Below, in pieces: positions 45,584 to 57,065 of a stretch of DNA of 64,000 nt (position 1 is its first letter; each line of letters opens with the position of its first letter). The notes under the pieces were generated by a model. That model did no database searches. It worked only from the letters and a program-made list of their open reading frames with translations, and was not told where the DNA came from. Source of the stretch: Emiliania huxleyi CCMP1516 (Eukaryota). A program made the translations under genes and the position numbers. The stretch spans positions 124,001-188,000 of the forward strand of contig NW_005201286.1 in assembly GCF_000372725.1 (NCBI RefSeq), written 5' to 3'.

Positions 45584-45948
45584 AAACGCGTCGCACTACG
45601 TACGCGGCGCTACCTCCATCGATCGATCGACCCCGGCCGCGAGCGCACCTACACATGCATGCCAAGAGGGGAAGAAGATCTCTCTCACACACACATGCCA
45701 GGGAGGGACGGATTTAGATACCAGGACTAGCCCCCTCCCCCCCTTGGCTGTTTCCGGTCTGCGTGTCGGCCCTTGTTTTCTTCCTCCCGGTGCTTGATTT
45801 CTTCTACTCTCGTGAGCTGTGAACAGACGCAAGTAAACCCGCTAGATTTCTTCCACCCCCGCCCTTTTGGCTCACCGGCTCACCGGCCGCTGCAGGGGGC
45901 CTGCGCTAAAAAAGGGCTGCTGCCAGATCGTACTCGAGGGTGCTGGCC

Positions 45949-47382
45949 ATGGCTCCTCCTCCGGCTGCGGTCGCGCCGACGCTGGAGGCCGCCGGCGAGG
46001 ACTCGATCCGTGTGGCGTGGGCGGTGCCGCAAGGCGTCGCCGAGCCACAGAGTTTTGCCGCCGTTAGCCTGCGACCCGAGGGCTCATCGCGGTGGCTGCG
46101 GGTCGACGCACGGTCAGGAAAGCTGGACGAGCCGGACGCTCTGCCGCTGCCGCTCAAAACGACGAGCTGCGTGGTCAAGGGCGTCGACCCGAAGGCCACG
46201 TACGTCGCTCGAGTCCGCCTCGGAGACCACGAGTCTGGCTGGGGCCCCGACTCGCCCGCCAGCAAGTCGCTGACGCTGGCCTCCCTTGCTCCGTCTGCTC
46301 CCGCCGCTCCACTTCTCGAGGCGGTTAACAAGACGAGCCTGCGAGTGCACTTCACGCTGCCTCCAGTCCGGCCGGACGCATCGGCACATGGCATCGTGAC
46401 CGTTCATGTCAAGGCCGGCAATGGAGCGTGGCATTCTGTGGACGCCACGTCGTCAACTCTCACACCTGCGGATGGCTCTGGCACGGCCCACCGGGCAGAT
46501 TCGCGGGTTGCTCTCGTCAAGGGGCTGGTGGAGGGTCTGAGCTACCGCGCTAAGGTCAGTGCGAAGAATGCCTGCGGCTGGGGTGCCTACTCGCCTGTCA
46601 GCGAGCCGCTTACCCTCGGCGCGGCGGCACTCAGGCCGATCGCCCCTGCTGCACCGCTTCTCGAGGCGGTCGACTCGACGAGCCTACGCGTGCACTTCTC
46701 GCCGCCACCAGTCAGGCCGGGCGATCCAGCGCTTGACTTTGTGGCGGTTTATGTCAGCGACGGCGGCGCGTGGCAGACTGTGGACGCCGCGGCTTCGACT
46801 CTCAAGCCGCTTGGACGGGCCTTCCGGGCAGGCGTCGAGTCTGCACTCGTCAAGGGGCTGTCCGAGGGGGTGACCTACCGCGCCAAGGTCAGCGTGCGGA
46901 ACATCCACGGCTGGGGTGCTCATTCGCCGTCCAGCGAGCCGCTGCAGCTGCCGGAGCCAGCGTCACCAGTGTCGGGGCCAGCGTCACCAGTGTCGGGGCC
47001 AGTGTCGGGGCCAGCGTCACCAGAAGTGGAGATCACGGGCAGCAAGTCGCGCGAGGAGCGCGACGCTGAGCTCCGCAAGCGCTCGGTGGACGTCGACGCG
47101 GAGGATGACGCGGCCCCCGCCTCGCCGCGCTCCAAGCGGTCGAAGAAGGAGGGCGAGGCGGGGGCCGAGGCGGAGGGCGAGGCGGGAGAGGAGGGCGAGG
47201 CTGGCGGGGAGGGCGAGGAAATCGAGTGGCTGTCATCCATCGAATTGGAGAGCTCAGCGGAGGTGGAGGCGGACGGGCTCGGCACATCCAGCCTCGGACA
47301 GATGCTTCTCGACAAGGAGGGGCGCAAGCGCTGGACCGAGGTGACGGACGACTCCGAGACGGAGTCCACGGACCACGAGTAG
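45949..47382 (+). CDS. Protein with three fibronectin type III-like repeats and an acidic tail
   Basis: APxLEA...SLRVxF/W...VKGL...YRAKVS.xN..GWGxxS three times; no signal peptide; RSKRSKK basic cluster. Confidence 0.85.
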   Translation: MAPPPAAVAPTLEAAGEDSIRVAWAVPQGVAEPQSFAAVSLRPEGSSRWLRVDARSGKLDEPDALPLPLKTTSCVVKGVDPKATYVARVRLGDHESGWGPDSPASKSLTLASLAPSAPAAPLLEAVNKTSLRVHFTLPPVRPDASAHGIVTVHVKAGNGAWHSVDATSSTLTPADGSGTAHRADSRVALVKGLVEGLSYRAKVSAKNACGWGAYSPVSEPLTLGAAALRPIAPAAPLLEAVDSTSLRVHFSPPPVRPGDPALDFVAVYVSDGGAWQTVDAAASTLKPLGRAFRAGVESALVKGLSEGVTYRAKVSVRNIHGWGAHSPSSEPLQLPEPASPVSGPASPVSGPVSGPASPEVEITGSKSREERDAELRKRSVDVDAEDDAAPASPRSKRSKKEGEAGAEAEGEAGEEGEAGGEGEEIEWLSSIELESSAEVEADGLGTSSLGQMLLDKEGRKRWTEVTDDSETESTDHE

Positions 47383-47666
47383 TCGTAGTGAAGAGCGGAT
47401 GCTCCTCACTGGCGACATTCTACGTACTACGAGACTCCTTTGTACGTGGTGGGAGCTCCCACCACGACGTGTTCTTGCTCTTTCATCTCTCTCGTATGAT
47501 TGCCGTCTGTCTTTACGCGCATGTGTACGTACGGTACAGAGACTCTGAGAGACGTGAAAGCTAAAAAGCAAGTGTATCAGACAGAGGCACACTGAATCAT
47601 TGCTCGGATACGGCTTTACCCCCCCTCTTGGCAGGAGCCGCCCAGCTTTCTTCAACGGTCGTACTT

Positions 47667-47760
47667 GGAGCACTTGGAGTGCAGTCATCAACCGCACGTC
47701 CAGGGCCGGGGAGCTCTAAGAAGCGCACCCAGCGGGCCGGATGAATGGCATCGGGTTGCG
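47667..47760 (+). repeat. Dispersed repeat, copy of 4177-4272
   Basis: Direct sequence similarity. Confidence 0.85.
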
Positions 47761-48029
47761 GGCAAGAGAGCCCTAGCCCCGGGGGTGCGCGTTCGCAGGA
47801 AAAGGGCCATAAAGTAAACACGGTTCTCCGAGGGTTGGTCTGCGCTTTGGGTTTCCCCTAAGCTGCGGAGCGCCCCCTCTACTCGGAGCTATATAATGGA
47901 CACCAGACACGCACACGACGTACATCCCAACTAGACGTCACCCCTCAGGCCTCTGGGGCTCTCCTATCCTCCCGGTCCTCCCCCCGGCTCGCTTTCCGCT
48001 GGTCGGGCAGCAGCTGCGGAGCCCGCCTT

Positions 48030-48360
48030 CCCCTCTTATGATTCTTCGGCCGCGGCCCCACCGCCGTCTCGTCTTTTCTGCCTGATCCCGTTGACTCCGC
48101 CTCCGGCGATCCCGCGCCCGACTCCCCGGGCAAAGGCGGTGGCAAAGGGTCGCGTCGCCTCTCCGCCCAGGGAGGTCGGGCCGGCTCTCCCTGGTCGACG
48201 AGTCGCGCCCGCATCCGCGGCCTCTCTATAGTCCCTGGCTCGCCCCCCCCTTCCGCCGGCTCCTCTCCAGGCTCGGGGAGGCGTGGCCCTCCCTGTCGAA
48301 GGTCGCGGTGGTCCGGTTGCCCCTGCAACTGGTCACTTCCCCCGGTGAGCTCGTACGTCC
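48030..48360 (-). repeat. Dispersed repeat, inverted copy of 33480-33790
   Basis: Reverse-complement similarity. Confidence 0.8.
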
Positions 48361-49103
48361 CAGAGCTGCGTCACTCATGTACGCGACGGCAACACGCCCC
48401 CAGCTCGCCGACGGCGAGAGAGATGCCACGAGGGGTCGCGGTGGCGTCCATCGCCAGGCTCCCTAGCTCAACCGACGACCCTCGTGCCTCGGGATCGACG
48501 GCCGATCGTCATTGTCTGTCGAGTACGCGACGGCAACACGCGAACGGGCATGCTCCGGGGCAGATGAATCGTGCGAGGGTGCATGCCACCACCCGCCACA
48601 CCGCTGCCTGTACCTCTTGCGCCCGTTGCCCCCCAAACCCATTGCAGCAGCACAGGCGAGATGCAGCGCGCAGCCCGTAATCTCATCCTGGACGCCTTGC
48701 TACAGGTGCGCTGACGGGCTGCGCGTGAGGCTGCGACCGAGAGGTCATCCTCACGCTCGACTTTGAGCCGAGCCCACCAGCCCTGTCCTGGGGTGTTGTA
48801 GTGATCTGGTGGGTAATATCAATCCGCTCCTGCTCGCGGGTTGGCCGGCTGCGCCAGCGGCGCAATCTCGGGGGACTTGTAGTACATCCCGAACTCGGCG
48901 ACATTGAGGCCCTCCGCGACCAGAAGGGTGTCGGCGAGTGGAGCGTGGAGCAGCTGCAGCAGCTCTCTCTGCGACACGGGCGCGTGCTCCTACCTCATGG
49001 CGCTGCGGGCTCGGCGGCAGTAGAGGGAGCGGCGATTCCCTGCGCTTTCCGACCAAACCCCGCAAAAAGTCCGAACCCAGAACTCTGGCCGCGCCGACAC
49101 TGC

Positions 49104-49541
49104 ATGCAGAGCGCGCCCCAGAGCGACGCGCGAGCGGTGCCGACGCTGCAGGAGCTCGCCTCGGCGGTGGTCGCGCGCAGGATCGAACACTATGACTGCC
49201 CATCGCTGCCTTATGGAGCCGGTCCTGACTTCATTCGGCGCCTCGCTGCGGACCGGCGGTTGCGCGCCGAGACGCTCGCGCCGCTGCTGCGGTCTGCCCA
49301 GGCGGTCGACGACATGGAGAAGTGCCTGGGCGCGCCACTCGCCCGGATGGCGCTCGGCTGCCACGGCGCGGCCGCGCTGGCGGCGCAACTGCTGGCGTCC
49401 CGCGAGGCGCTGGCTGAGCGGAGGAGGGAGGGACGGGTCGCGCAGCAGCTGCCTGATGGCACGCGCCTGGCCGTACCGTCGCCCGGTGCCGTACCTTGGG
49501 ATCATGGGAGCTGCGATTTGCGCGTGGAGGCGCGACGATGA
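49104..49541 (+). CDS. Small hypothetical protein with a BC-box-like N-terminal motif
   Basis: ATG follows an A-rich leader; VPTLQELASAVVA resembles (S/T)LxxxC/A; coding-like codon use. Confidence 0.6.
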   Translation: MQSAPQSDARAVPTLQELASAVVARRIEHYDCPSLPYGAGPDFIRRLAADRRLRAETLAPLLRSAQAVDDMEKCLGAPLARMALGCHGAAALAAQLLASREALAERRREGRVAQQLPDGTRLAVPSPGAVPWDHGSCDLRVEARR

Positions 49542-49809
49542 GACGGGCAGGGCATCTGCTGAGTATGGATGTATGGTATGTGTCAATTTACGCTCTCTGA
49601 CGCGTTGTGGAGCATGTTGCAACATGCAGCTGTACAGCCTGCGTGCGGCTAGTACACGGCAATACAAAATTCACCCCGCGTCGCAATCTGCAATCTCAGC
49701 TCCTTAGTCCTTACGGAGGCGTACGTAACTCTCGTCTCTCCGCAGCGCACAGGGACTTGGAGCCGGTGGAGCGGCAGCGGGGGACAGGATCAAAAGAGAT
49801 TGATCCATC

Positions 49810-51714
49810 TCAGTCGACGTTGCTCACTCGCTCCACCGCCCGCGTCACCATGTTTGGATACGCCTCCGCGCCGTACTTGCCAGTCGCGGGCCGCTTCCAT
49901 AAGTCGCTCGTCACGTAGCTCTTGACGAGCCAGCGATCGTTGCCGTCGAGCTTCGGCTCGAACGCCGTCCGGCCGTGGCAGCAGCGCACGTTGTTGAGGA
50001 TGAGGCAATCGCCCGCCTGGAGGTCGACGTAATCGGCAACCTCGAGCCCGACCGCCATCATGCGCTCCCACGCCGCCTCCACCTCCGCGCCGCCCTCCGG
50101 ACTGACCATCCGACCGACGGCGCCCTCGCCGTGCGCGCCGGCGTCGGGCACAAAGAGCGTCGCGGCGGCGGCGCGGCCCTCCCGCGGTGCGATCGGCAGG
50201 AAGGGCGCGCCCTGGTCGACTGCCGTGCCGTTGGGCAGCACCACCTGCGCCTGCATCTCGTGCTTCGAGAGCAGCGCCACGTCGGCGGCGGAGAGGCTCG
50301 CGATCAGCTTCTCGGAGTCAACCACCACCGTCCGCGCGACGTGCGACGGGTCCCCGCGCACAGCGACCAGCAGGAAGGTCTCCGGCTCGGGGAAGGGAGC
50401 GAAGACGCTCGCCGGGAAGTCCCTATGCAGCCCGAGCAGGCCGCACAAGTTCTCGACGCCGGGCACGGGAACCATGTCGCGGACGAGGCCGCCGCGGTGG
50501 CCCTTGTCGAAGAAGGGAGGCACAAAGGGGTGGCCGAGCAGCCGCGCGAGGCCGAGAGTCCACGACTCGGCCACCGGCACGCGCGGCTGTGCGAGCTCCG
50601 TGCCGATGCCGTGGACCGCCGAGACGATCGGAGTGTCGGGCGGCGCCTCATCGACCGGCAGCCCGGAGAGGAGTAGGGCCGCGGGCGCGTCGGCGCTGAA
50701 GGGGAAGTCGAGCAGCTCCGACACGACGTCGCTCGGCAGCCACTTTGTAGCGTGCGCAAACGACGCGGCGACGGCGCGCGCGGCGCCGGCCGGGTCCTCC
50801 CTCGCATTGTAGCTGTGGATCTCGTGGCTCGGGGGGAAGTGCGACCGCCACGACTTGTGGAAGCCGTCGACGTCCTCCGGCCGGATCTGCAGCCGGCGGA
50901 CAGACTCGCGCTCTGGTGACGCGGCCGCTGCGGCTGCGGCTGCCGCCGAGACTGCGCCGTCTGCCGCCGGGAGCACGTCGACCGTGTAGCCTGCGCCGCT
51001 CTCGCTGAGGCCGAGGGCGCTCCCTTCGGCGCACGCCTCGGCCCACGCCGTCAGGTGCGGAAGCACCGCCTCGATCCCCGCGTCGGCCTGGTACGGCTTC
51101 CAGCCTTGAGTCGCGAGGACGCGGCGTGGCGCGGCCGCCGCGGGCGTGGCGTCGAGGAAGCCCTTGGCGCGCGGCACGTCCGACTCAGGCATGACGAGGG
51201 TGATCGGGCAGAGCGGCTGCGGAGGGCAGTCGCCCGCAGCGAGGTCCAGGATCTCCTGCGCCCACGGCCACCCCACCCGAACGCCGGGGCCCATCTCGCG
51301 AACGCCCTCCTCGCGCCACGCCGCCATCCCGTCCTCGTCGACAAAGAGAGGCAGGTTGGCCTTCATGTCGAGCGCGGGCCCGAGCAGGAAGAGTCGGCTC
51401 ACTTTCTCCGGATGCCTGGCCGCGAAGAGCAGCGCAACGAATGCGCCAAAGGAGCTGGCGCAAATCGAGACGGGACCCTCCTCGGCCTCGCAGCAGGAGT
51501 GGAGCACACGCAGAGCGGCACTGATGGTGCACTGCTCGTAGGAGTCGCCGCCGCCGGTGATGTCGGGCGCGACCACCTCCACGCCATGAACGGCCTCGCG
51601 GACCTTTGCGAGGCGCGGGTGAGCCGGGCCCTCTGGACTGACACCATGCACGTACACGAGCCGGAGGGCGGCCGCGCGTGCGAGCAGCGCGACGACGAGG
51701 AAGGCCGAGCGCAT
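49810..51714 (-). CDS. Fusion of a YqiA/YcfP-like alpha/beta esterase and a clavaminate-synthase/TauD-like Fe(II)/2OG oxygenase, with signal peptide
   Basis: VYVHG, ASSFGAFVA, LFLLGPA; LLLSGLPVD, LGLHRD (HxD), PEPETFLL, LQAGDCLILNN...HGRTAF...DRWL. Confidence 0.85.
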   Translation of the reverse strand: MRSAFLVVALLARAAALRLVYVHGVSPEGPAHPRLAKVREAVHGVEVVAPDITGGGDSYEQCTISAALRVLHSCCEAEEGPVSICASSFGAFVALLFAARHPEKVSRLFLLGPALDMKANLPLFVDEDGMAAWREEGVREMGPGVRVGWPWAQEILDLAAGDCPPQPLCPITLVMPESDVPRAKGFLDATPAAAAPRRVLATQGWKPYQADAGIEAVLPHLTAWAEACAEGSALGLSESGAGYTVDVLPAADGAVSAAAAAAAAASPERESVRRLQIRPEDVDGFHKSWRSHFPPSHEIHSYNAREDPAGAARAVAASFAHATKWLPSDVVSELLDFPFSADAPAALLLSGLPVDEAPPDTPIVSAVHGIGTELAQPRVPVAESWTLGLARLLGHPFVPPFFDKGHRGGLVRDMVPVPGVENLCGLLGLHRDFPASVFAPFPEPETFLLVAVRGDPSHVARTVVVDSEKLIASLSAADVALLSKHEMQAQVVLPNGTAVDQGAPFLPIAPREGRAAAATLFVPDAGAHGEGAVGRMVSPEGGAEVEAAWERMMAVGLEVADYVDLQAGDCLILNNVRCCHGRTAFEPKLDGNDRWLVKSYVTSDLWKRPATGKYGAEAYPNMVTRAVERVSNVD

Positions 51715-51995
51715 TCTTCGACGGGCCCGCTGGAAAGTCAGGCGGCGATCCAAGGAGGGTGGCGAAGAGGTCGACCGCGCTGAGGGGTATGCGCGCTGGA
51801 GCGGCACGTCTGAGAGCGGCGCCTGAGGGGGTATGGCGAGGGAATCCTCCCGGAAACCGGCGTTTTTTCAGTGTCTCTTACGTATTTTTCATGTGAGATC
51901 AAGCCGCCGAGCTCCGCCAATCCCCGCGGGAGGAAAGCGGCGGGTCGGAAAAATTGGTCGGCTTTGGTTTTCGAGAAAAAAAATCAGCCGCCGGC

Positions 51996-53132
51996 ATGAG
52001 CGGCGCCAGCCGCCGCGCCAGCCTCCTCCTCGCGTCCCTCCCGCTCTCCGCTGGTCTCTGGGCGCAGCGGCCCGTGAGGCCTCGCGGCGAGCCTCGCGGC
52101 CGCACACCGCGTGCGGAGCACGCGGCAGAGGCGGAGGACGTCGTTCGCTGCGTGCGCGGGAGCGTCGACGTCGAAGGCGTGAGCATCCCAGTCGCGGTGT
52201 GGTGCCAGGATTCGAGGCGGCCGACCGGCGGTGGCGGCGCGTGGGTGCCGACGGAGGAGTACGGCTACACGGTTGACATTGGCCGGATCGCCTCCAAGCT
52301 CCGCGTCGGTTGGCTATCTTGGCTGCCGTCGAGGACCTACTCGCTCGCTCCGGCGGGAGTGCCTCCCTGGCGCGGCGCGGCTTGCGCGTCCCAGGCGCGC
52401 GCCGGCGACGCGCTCCTCTTCGCGCACGGCTTTCTCGGCTCGCCGTTCGACATGGCGCACGCTTGCGAGGCGCTGGCGAGCGACGGGTTTGTCGTCGCGG
52501 CGCCGGAGCTGCCCGAGTCGCTCGCCGCGTCGTACGAGGCGCGGGAGGGCGTGACGCGCGAGGCCATCGTCGCCGCGACGCAGGCGGCTCTAGGCGACGA
52601 GCCGCGGCGCTGGGGCATTTGGGGCCACTCGGCGGGGAGCGGCACGGCGCTCTCCCAGCCGGGCGAGTTCGCACTCGGCCGCGCGTGTCTCGCGTGCCCT
52701 CTCGGCCGCGCGCTCGAGGCGCGCGTCAGCGATCCGCTCTTCCTCTGCGCGTCGGAGGGCGACGGCTGCAACCGCTTCTCGGAGACGTCGCCCGCGGACT
52801 CGCTCACCCTGGCGGCCGTGAACAAGGCGCCGCCCTTCTCGACCTTTGAGAGCGCCGACCTGGCCTACGCTGGCCCGAGCCTGCCCCGCCGCGGCGTCCT
52901 CCTCTTTCGCGAGGGCGACGCCCTGCTGCCCAACCACATCAGCTTCCTCTGGACGCGCACCAACGAGGCGCTCTTCGACCTGCTCTCCGCCTTCCTGCCG
53001 CTCGCAAAGGCGCTCAACCTCTTCCTGCTCGACTTTGACACGGAGAAGGAGGCGCGACTCGCCGCGCCCACCGCCGCGAAGGTCGTGCCGGCCCTGCGCC
53101 GCTTCTTTGGCAGGAATGCGGTCGGCGGGTAG
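51996..53132 (+). CDS. Alpha/beta hydrolase (chlorophyllase/PAF-AH-like) with an N-terminal targeting peptide
   Basis: LLFAHGFLG, LASDGFVVAAPE, WGHSAG (GxSxG), DGC and PNHISF. Confidence 0.85.
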   Translation: MSGASRRASLLLASLPLSAGLWAQRPVRPRGEPRGRTPRAEHAAEAEDVVRCVRGSVDVEGVSIPVAVWCQDSRRPTGGGGAWVPTEEYGYTVDIGRIASKLRVGWLSWLPSRTYSLAPAGVPPWRGAACASQARAGDALLFAHGFLGSPFDMAHACEALASDGFVVAAPELPESLAASYEAREGVTREAIVAATQAALGDEPRRWGIWGHSAGSGTALSQPGEFALGRACLACPLGRALEARVSDPLFLCASEGDGCNRFSETSPADSLTLAAVNKAPPFSTFESADLAYAGPSLPRRGVLLFREGDALLPNHISFLWTRTNEALFDLLSAFLPLAKALNLFLLDFDTEKEARLAAPTAAKVVPALRRFFGRNAVGG

Positions 53133-53266
53133 GCGAAAAAAAGAAACTACTTCACAACGAAGCAAAAGGGCAAAAATAATTCTTTTTCGCGCGAGCCGTA
53201 ATTCTTTTTCTGACGGCGCATTCGGGTGCTTGGTGGCCAGTGTGGAGCCTCGGGTTCTACACCCTG

Positions 53267-55280
53267 ATGTCCTCGCGACGCACGCAGCGCTCGGCGCCCA
53301 CCCCGCCGCCGCCGCAGTTCAGCTCCTACGGCGTCTCCGCTGCCATGTACAACCTGGACGTGGCGTCCCAGCAGACCGCGACACTACCCTCGCTCCCGCT
53401 GCGCATTCCTGCCGCCCTCGCCCCCGACCCGGACGGCGTCGCGCGCTCCAGCTTGATAGCGAGGCTTCCAGCGAACAGCGCGGCGCCTCCGCCAGTGAGT
53501 GATCCAGCGCAATCGTCGCCCGCCGTGATCGCGGCGCAAGAGCGCCACGTGCGCGCTGCAGAAGCGCACACGGCGGCTCAGGCGGCCATCAAGGCTGCAC
53601 AGGCGAGAAATGCAGCCGCCCGAGAGGACTCGCCTGCTAGCACGGACGAGAGGCCACACGCACACCGGGAAGTACGCGCAACTTCATCTCTGGGGGCGAG
53701 ATGCGGAGCAGGGACCCGTCTCGCCCGACTCCCACCGCCCAGGCGAGCTGCACGCCCGCGCACAATTCGCTCGGCCTCCCTCTCGAGGAGAGGCTGCCTC
53801 CTCCGCCGCTGCTCGGCGCTGAGAGGCTGGTGGCGGTGCGGCTGCGCGTCGACGGCGCCGCCCTCTCGCCGCCCCACCCGGAGGCTGTGTTTGAGGACGA
53901 GCTGCTCTGGAATGCCGCCGGCCCCGTAGATGCGGAATCTAGATGCCGGCATCTGGATGCGGTGACGCGTTCAAGCCTGCGGCGACGCCTTGCCTGAGAC
54001 CGCACCACACAACCCGTGCGCCCGTGCCTGCCCCGCGTGTGCGTGTGCTCCTCCTCTCCCTCCCGTGCTAGGACTCTGCTCCCCGATATGTTCCGCGTAG
54101 GCCGGCGACACCTCGCTCTCGCCCTCCGACTTTGCGGCGGAGAAGGAAACGTCTTGCTCCCATCAACGAGCCGAGGGGTGAGTGCCCCGGTGGGTGGGCG
54201 GACTATAGGCGCGCGCGGCGGAGGAGCTGTCGCTGCCTCCACCTTTCGCGGCCGCCATCGCCACTGAACTCACCGCCCAGGTCGCCGCCGCTGAAAAGGC
54301 CGCACCGCCACAAGAAGCCACACACACACGCCCCCGCCCCCGAGGGCGGCTGCCCGTCTCTTCGTCTCACTCCTTCCGGGACGTGAGCAGGCGGCGCGCG
54401 CCGCCGCAAAGGCTGCCGCCGCGGATGCCTCCCCGGTCGAGGTGAGCTGGCAGGCGCACAGGCGCGGGCTCGAGCTGAGCGACCGGCTGCTGTGGCCGCC
54501 AGGCGGATCCTAGAGGGAGCCACAGGAGGCGGGAGGAGATCGCCGCAGCCCGACCCGCGTCTCCACACCCGCGCGGAGCCCCGGGCGCACGTGAACGAGG
54601 GCACACCGCCGCACACCGCCGCATACCGCCGCATACCGCCGCATCCTCGCACCGCGCCCGCCCTGTGCGTCCTCCCAGTCCTCTCCCTCTCTCCCTCCCG
54701 CCCTCTCCCTCAGGCGGCGGCGGCCTGACGCCGGAGGAGTACGCGCGGCAGATGGCGCGCGAGCTCCGCCTCCCTCCAGACTTGCAGGCGAGGCAGCGCC
54801 ACCGCGCCAACCAAAGCTATGCAAGCCCAGGCCCCCGCCCCAGTCCTGCTGCCCCGCCGCTTCGCTCGCCGTGCCGACGCGTCCGCCCATTGGCCGATTG
54901 CTTCACCCCCCCGCCGCCTCTCGCCCGCCCCAGGCGGCCGCCGCGCTCGCTCTCCGCAGGGAGACGCAGGGCCTCCTCCGACCTGCCGCCGGCCTGTCCG
55001 AGCCGCTAGTGCCGCTTCACGCGCCCTCGGTGCGGCGGATAGGCGGCGCCGGCGCCGGCACGGCCGCCGAGTCCGACCCGCCGGTGAGCCTCGGGCGAAG
55101 GGCGCCGCGTGGCGCGTGGCGAGGCTGTTCACAGCGCGCACTCGCTGTGAACAGGTCCGGCCGGAGAGGGAGGCGCTGCTGTGGAGCGTCGCGCTGCAGC
55201 CCGCCGGCACCAAGCGAGGCGTGAGCGAGGCGGACTTGTCTGCGGCCGACCGGCGCGACCGCTACCGAAAGCGGCAGTGA
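53267..55280 (+). CDS. SNF5/SMARCB1-repeat-like protein, multi-exon (structure approximate)
   Basis: ERLVAVRLRVD...FEDELLWN (53820-53925) followed by LTPEEYARQMARELRLP (54725-54780) mirrors the SNF5 repeat LVPIRL...D.F.WN...TPE.FA...DL.LP. Confidence 0.6.
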
Positions 55281-55568
55281 GGAGGGAGGGCCGCGGGTTG
55301 GCATATTAGCGGCGGAGTTGCTTGTCAGCCGCATCCGCGCGCGTTGGGCTCGCGAAGCTCACGTGTGCGCGGTTGGGGCTGCGCTTCGGACCCGCTTCGG
55401 CATGCGATTCTTGGTCGATGATGTATTGTTTTGAACTTTGTTGGGCGCCCATGCACAAGAAACGTACGTACGTGAGCGTGTGTACTCGCTGTAACTTGTG
55501 ACTTCACACTGGCGTTTGAAGCCCTGTGCGGGTGTGGGCCCCGCCGCTGTCGCCTCAATTCACATAGT

Positions 55569-56374
55569 TCATAGCTCGCGCTTCGGCCCTCGCTTGCCCT
55601 CGCTCGCGGCGGCTTGCGCCTCACTGCGGCCGGTGCCGGCGCTCCCCCTCAGCGCCTCCCTCCATTCGGCAAAGGCTTGCGACGCCTCCTTTCCCGACAT
55701 GGGCTTGCCGTTGACCGTGATGGTCGCGCCCTCGGCGTTCTCCATCGCCCGCTGCAGCAGCGGCTTTGCTGCGGCGGCGAGCCCCTTCAGTGCGCGCTTG
55801 AGCAGCCACTTCGCCGGGTTCATACCCACCGGACCGATGAGCCGCTCGACGAGCTCAGTCAGCGGGTCCTCCGCCGCAAACAAGTCGTCGAGCACCTTGC
55901 CCAGCATCTCCTCGGCGCGGCGCAGCGCCTGTAAGGGCGAGCGGTCATAGGCCTGTGCAATCGGGCATCTCTCGGCCATCTCTTGCACGCTCGCGCTCGC
56001 GGCGCTCCCACCTCCGCCATCGCCGCCTCTGCCTGCGCCCGCATCTGCGCCTCCTCCTGCTCGCTCATCGCTGCACCGCCACCACTGTCACCGCCCCGGC
56101 CGCCACCTGCACGTTCACCGCCAAAGCCGCTGCCGCTCGGCTGCTTTCGCCCGCTCAGGATCTCGTACGCCTCGGACACGCGCAGGAAGGCTTCCGGCGA
56201 CCCGCCCTTGTCCGGATGCGTGGCGATGGCGCGGGCGCGATATGCACGCTTGAGGTCCCCGCCGTCGTACCCGGCTCGGAGATCCAGCTCCTTCAGCGCC
56301 TGCTGCCGCGACATGGCTGCGGCGGCGTGCACGAGAACACAGAGCAGGCCCGCGTGGAGATGGAGCGATTTCAT
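55569..56374 (-). CDS. DnaJ-domain protein with signal peptide; predicted intron 55929-56011
   Basis: LKRAYRARAIATHPDKGG...FLRVSEAYEILS; hydrophobic N-terminus; GT-AG intron in phase 0. Confidence 0.9.
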
Positions 56375-56872
56375 GAGGCGACGCTGTGCGAAGCCCGAAG
56401 CTCACATGCGGCTGAAACGCGCGAAGAGGAATTTTCCGAGCTCACTCACCGGGACTGGCGGTCTCGCAGGAAAAAGAATTTTAGGAAGCTAAGTCAGCTA
56501 GGCACGGTGGCGGCGTGCCGTCCTCCCATCCCTCCCTTGGGCTGTCTGTTTTCTTTCTTTCTTTCTTTTGACACTAGGCACGGGACTGGCGCGCACTGGC
56601 ACTAACACAGGTACACCACGGGAGCCGCCTAAGCGACTCCTGCGAGGACGGCGAGGCAATAAGGTCCGTGCACTCGACCGCCCTCGCCGCAGGCGGAGCT
56701 GCGGCGCCGAAAGGCGAAAGAAGCCGAGAGAACAAGGGAACGGCAGGCGGCGGCGGCGGCGCAGAACGAGGCAGAGGAGAGCGACGCGACAGAGGAAGAA
56801 GCGACAAGCGAGAGCACGACGAGAAGGGGGCGACCGCGAGGTGGCATGAAGGTTGCAGCGAGAAGCGGCGAG

Positions 56873-57002
56873 AGACTGCGAAGAGAGATAGGAAGAGGCA
56901 GACTCCCAAGGGTGGGCGACGGCTAGCGCACCACACCCCTCTCCTTAAAAACCCCTGTGTGGTGGCGGCGTGCCGTCCTCCCATCCCTCCCTTGGGTTGT
57001 CC
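56873..57002 (+). repeat. Repeat upstream of the retroelement ORF; partial direct copy at 56505-56546 and inverted copy at 63047-63197
   Basis: ggtggcggcgtgccgtcctcccatccc and gactgcgaagagagataggaagaggcagac are shared. Confidence 0.9.
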
Positions 57003-57065
57003 GTTTTCCATCCGCCCTCCGCGCGGGAGGACCGCCGCCGAAAGCACGACGACGATGAGGACGAG

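Noticed and set aside
48379..48541. 19-bp direct repeat gtacgcgacggcaacacgc, 144 bp apart
   Set aside because: Only two copies inside a repeat-derived region; no further structure.
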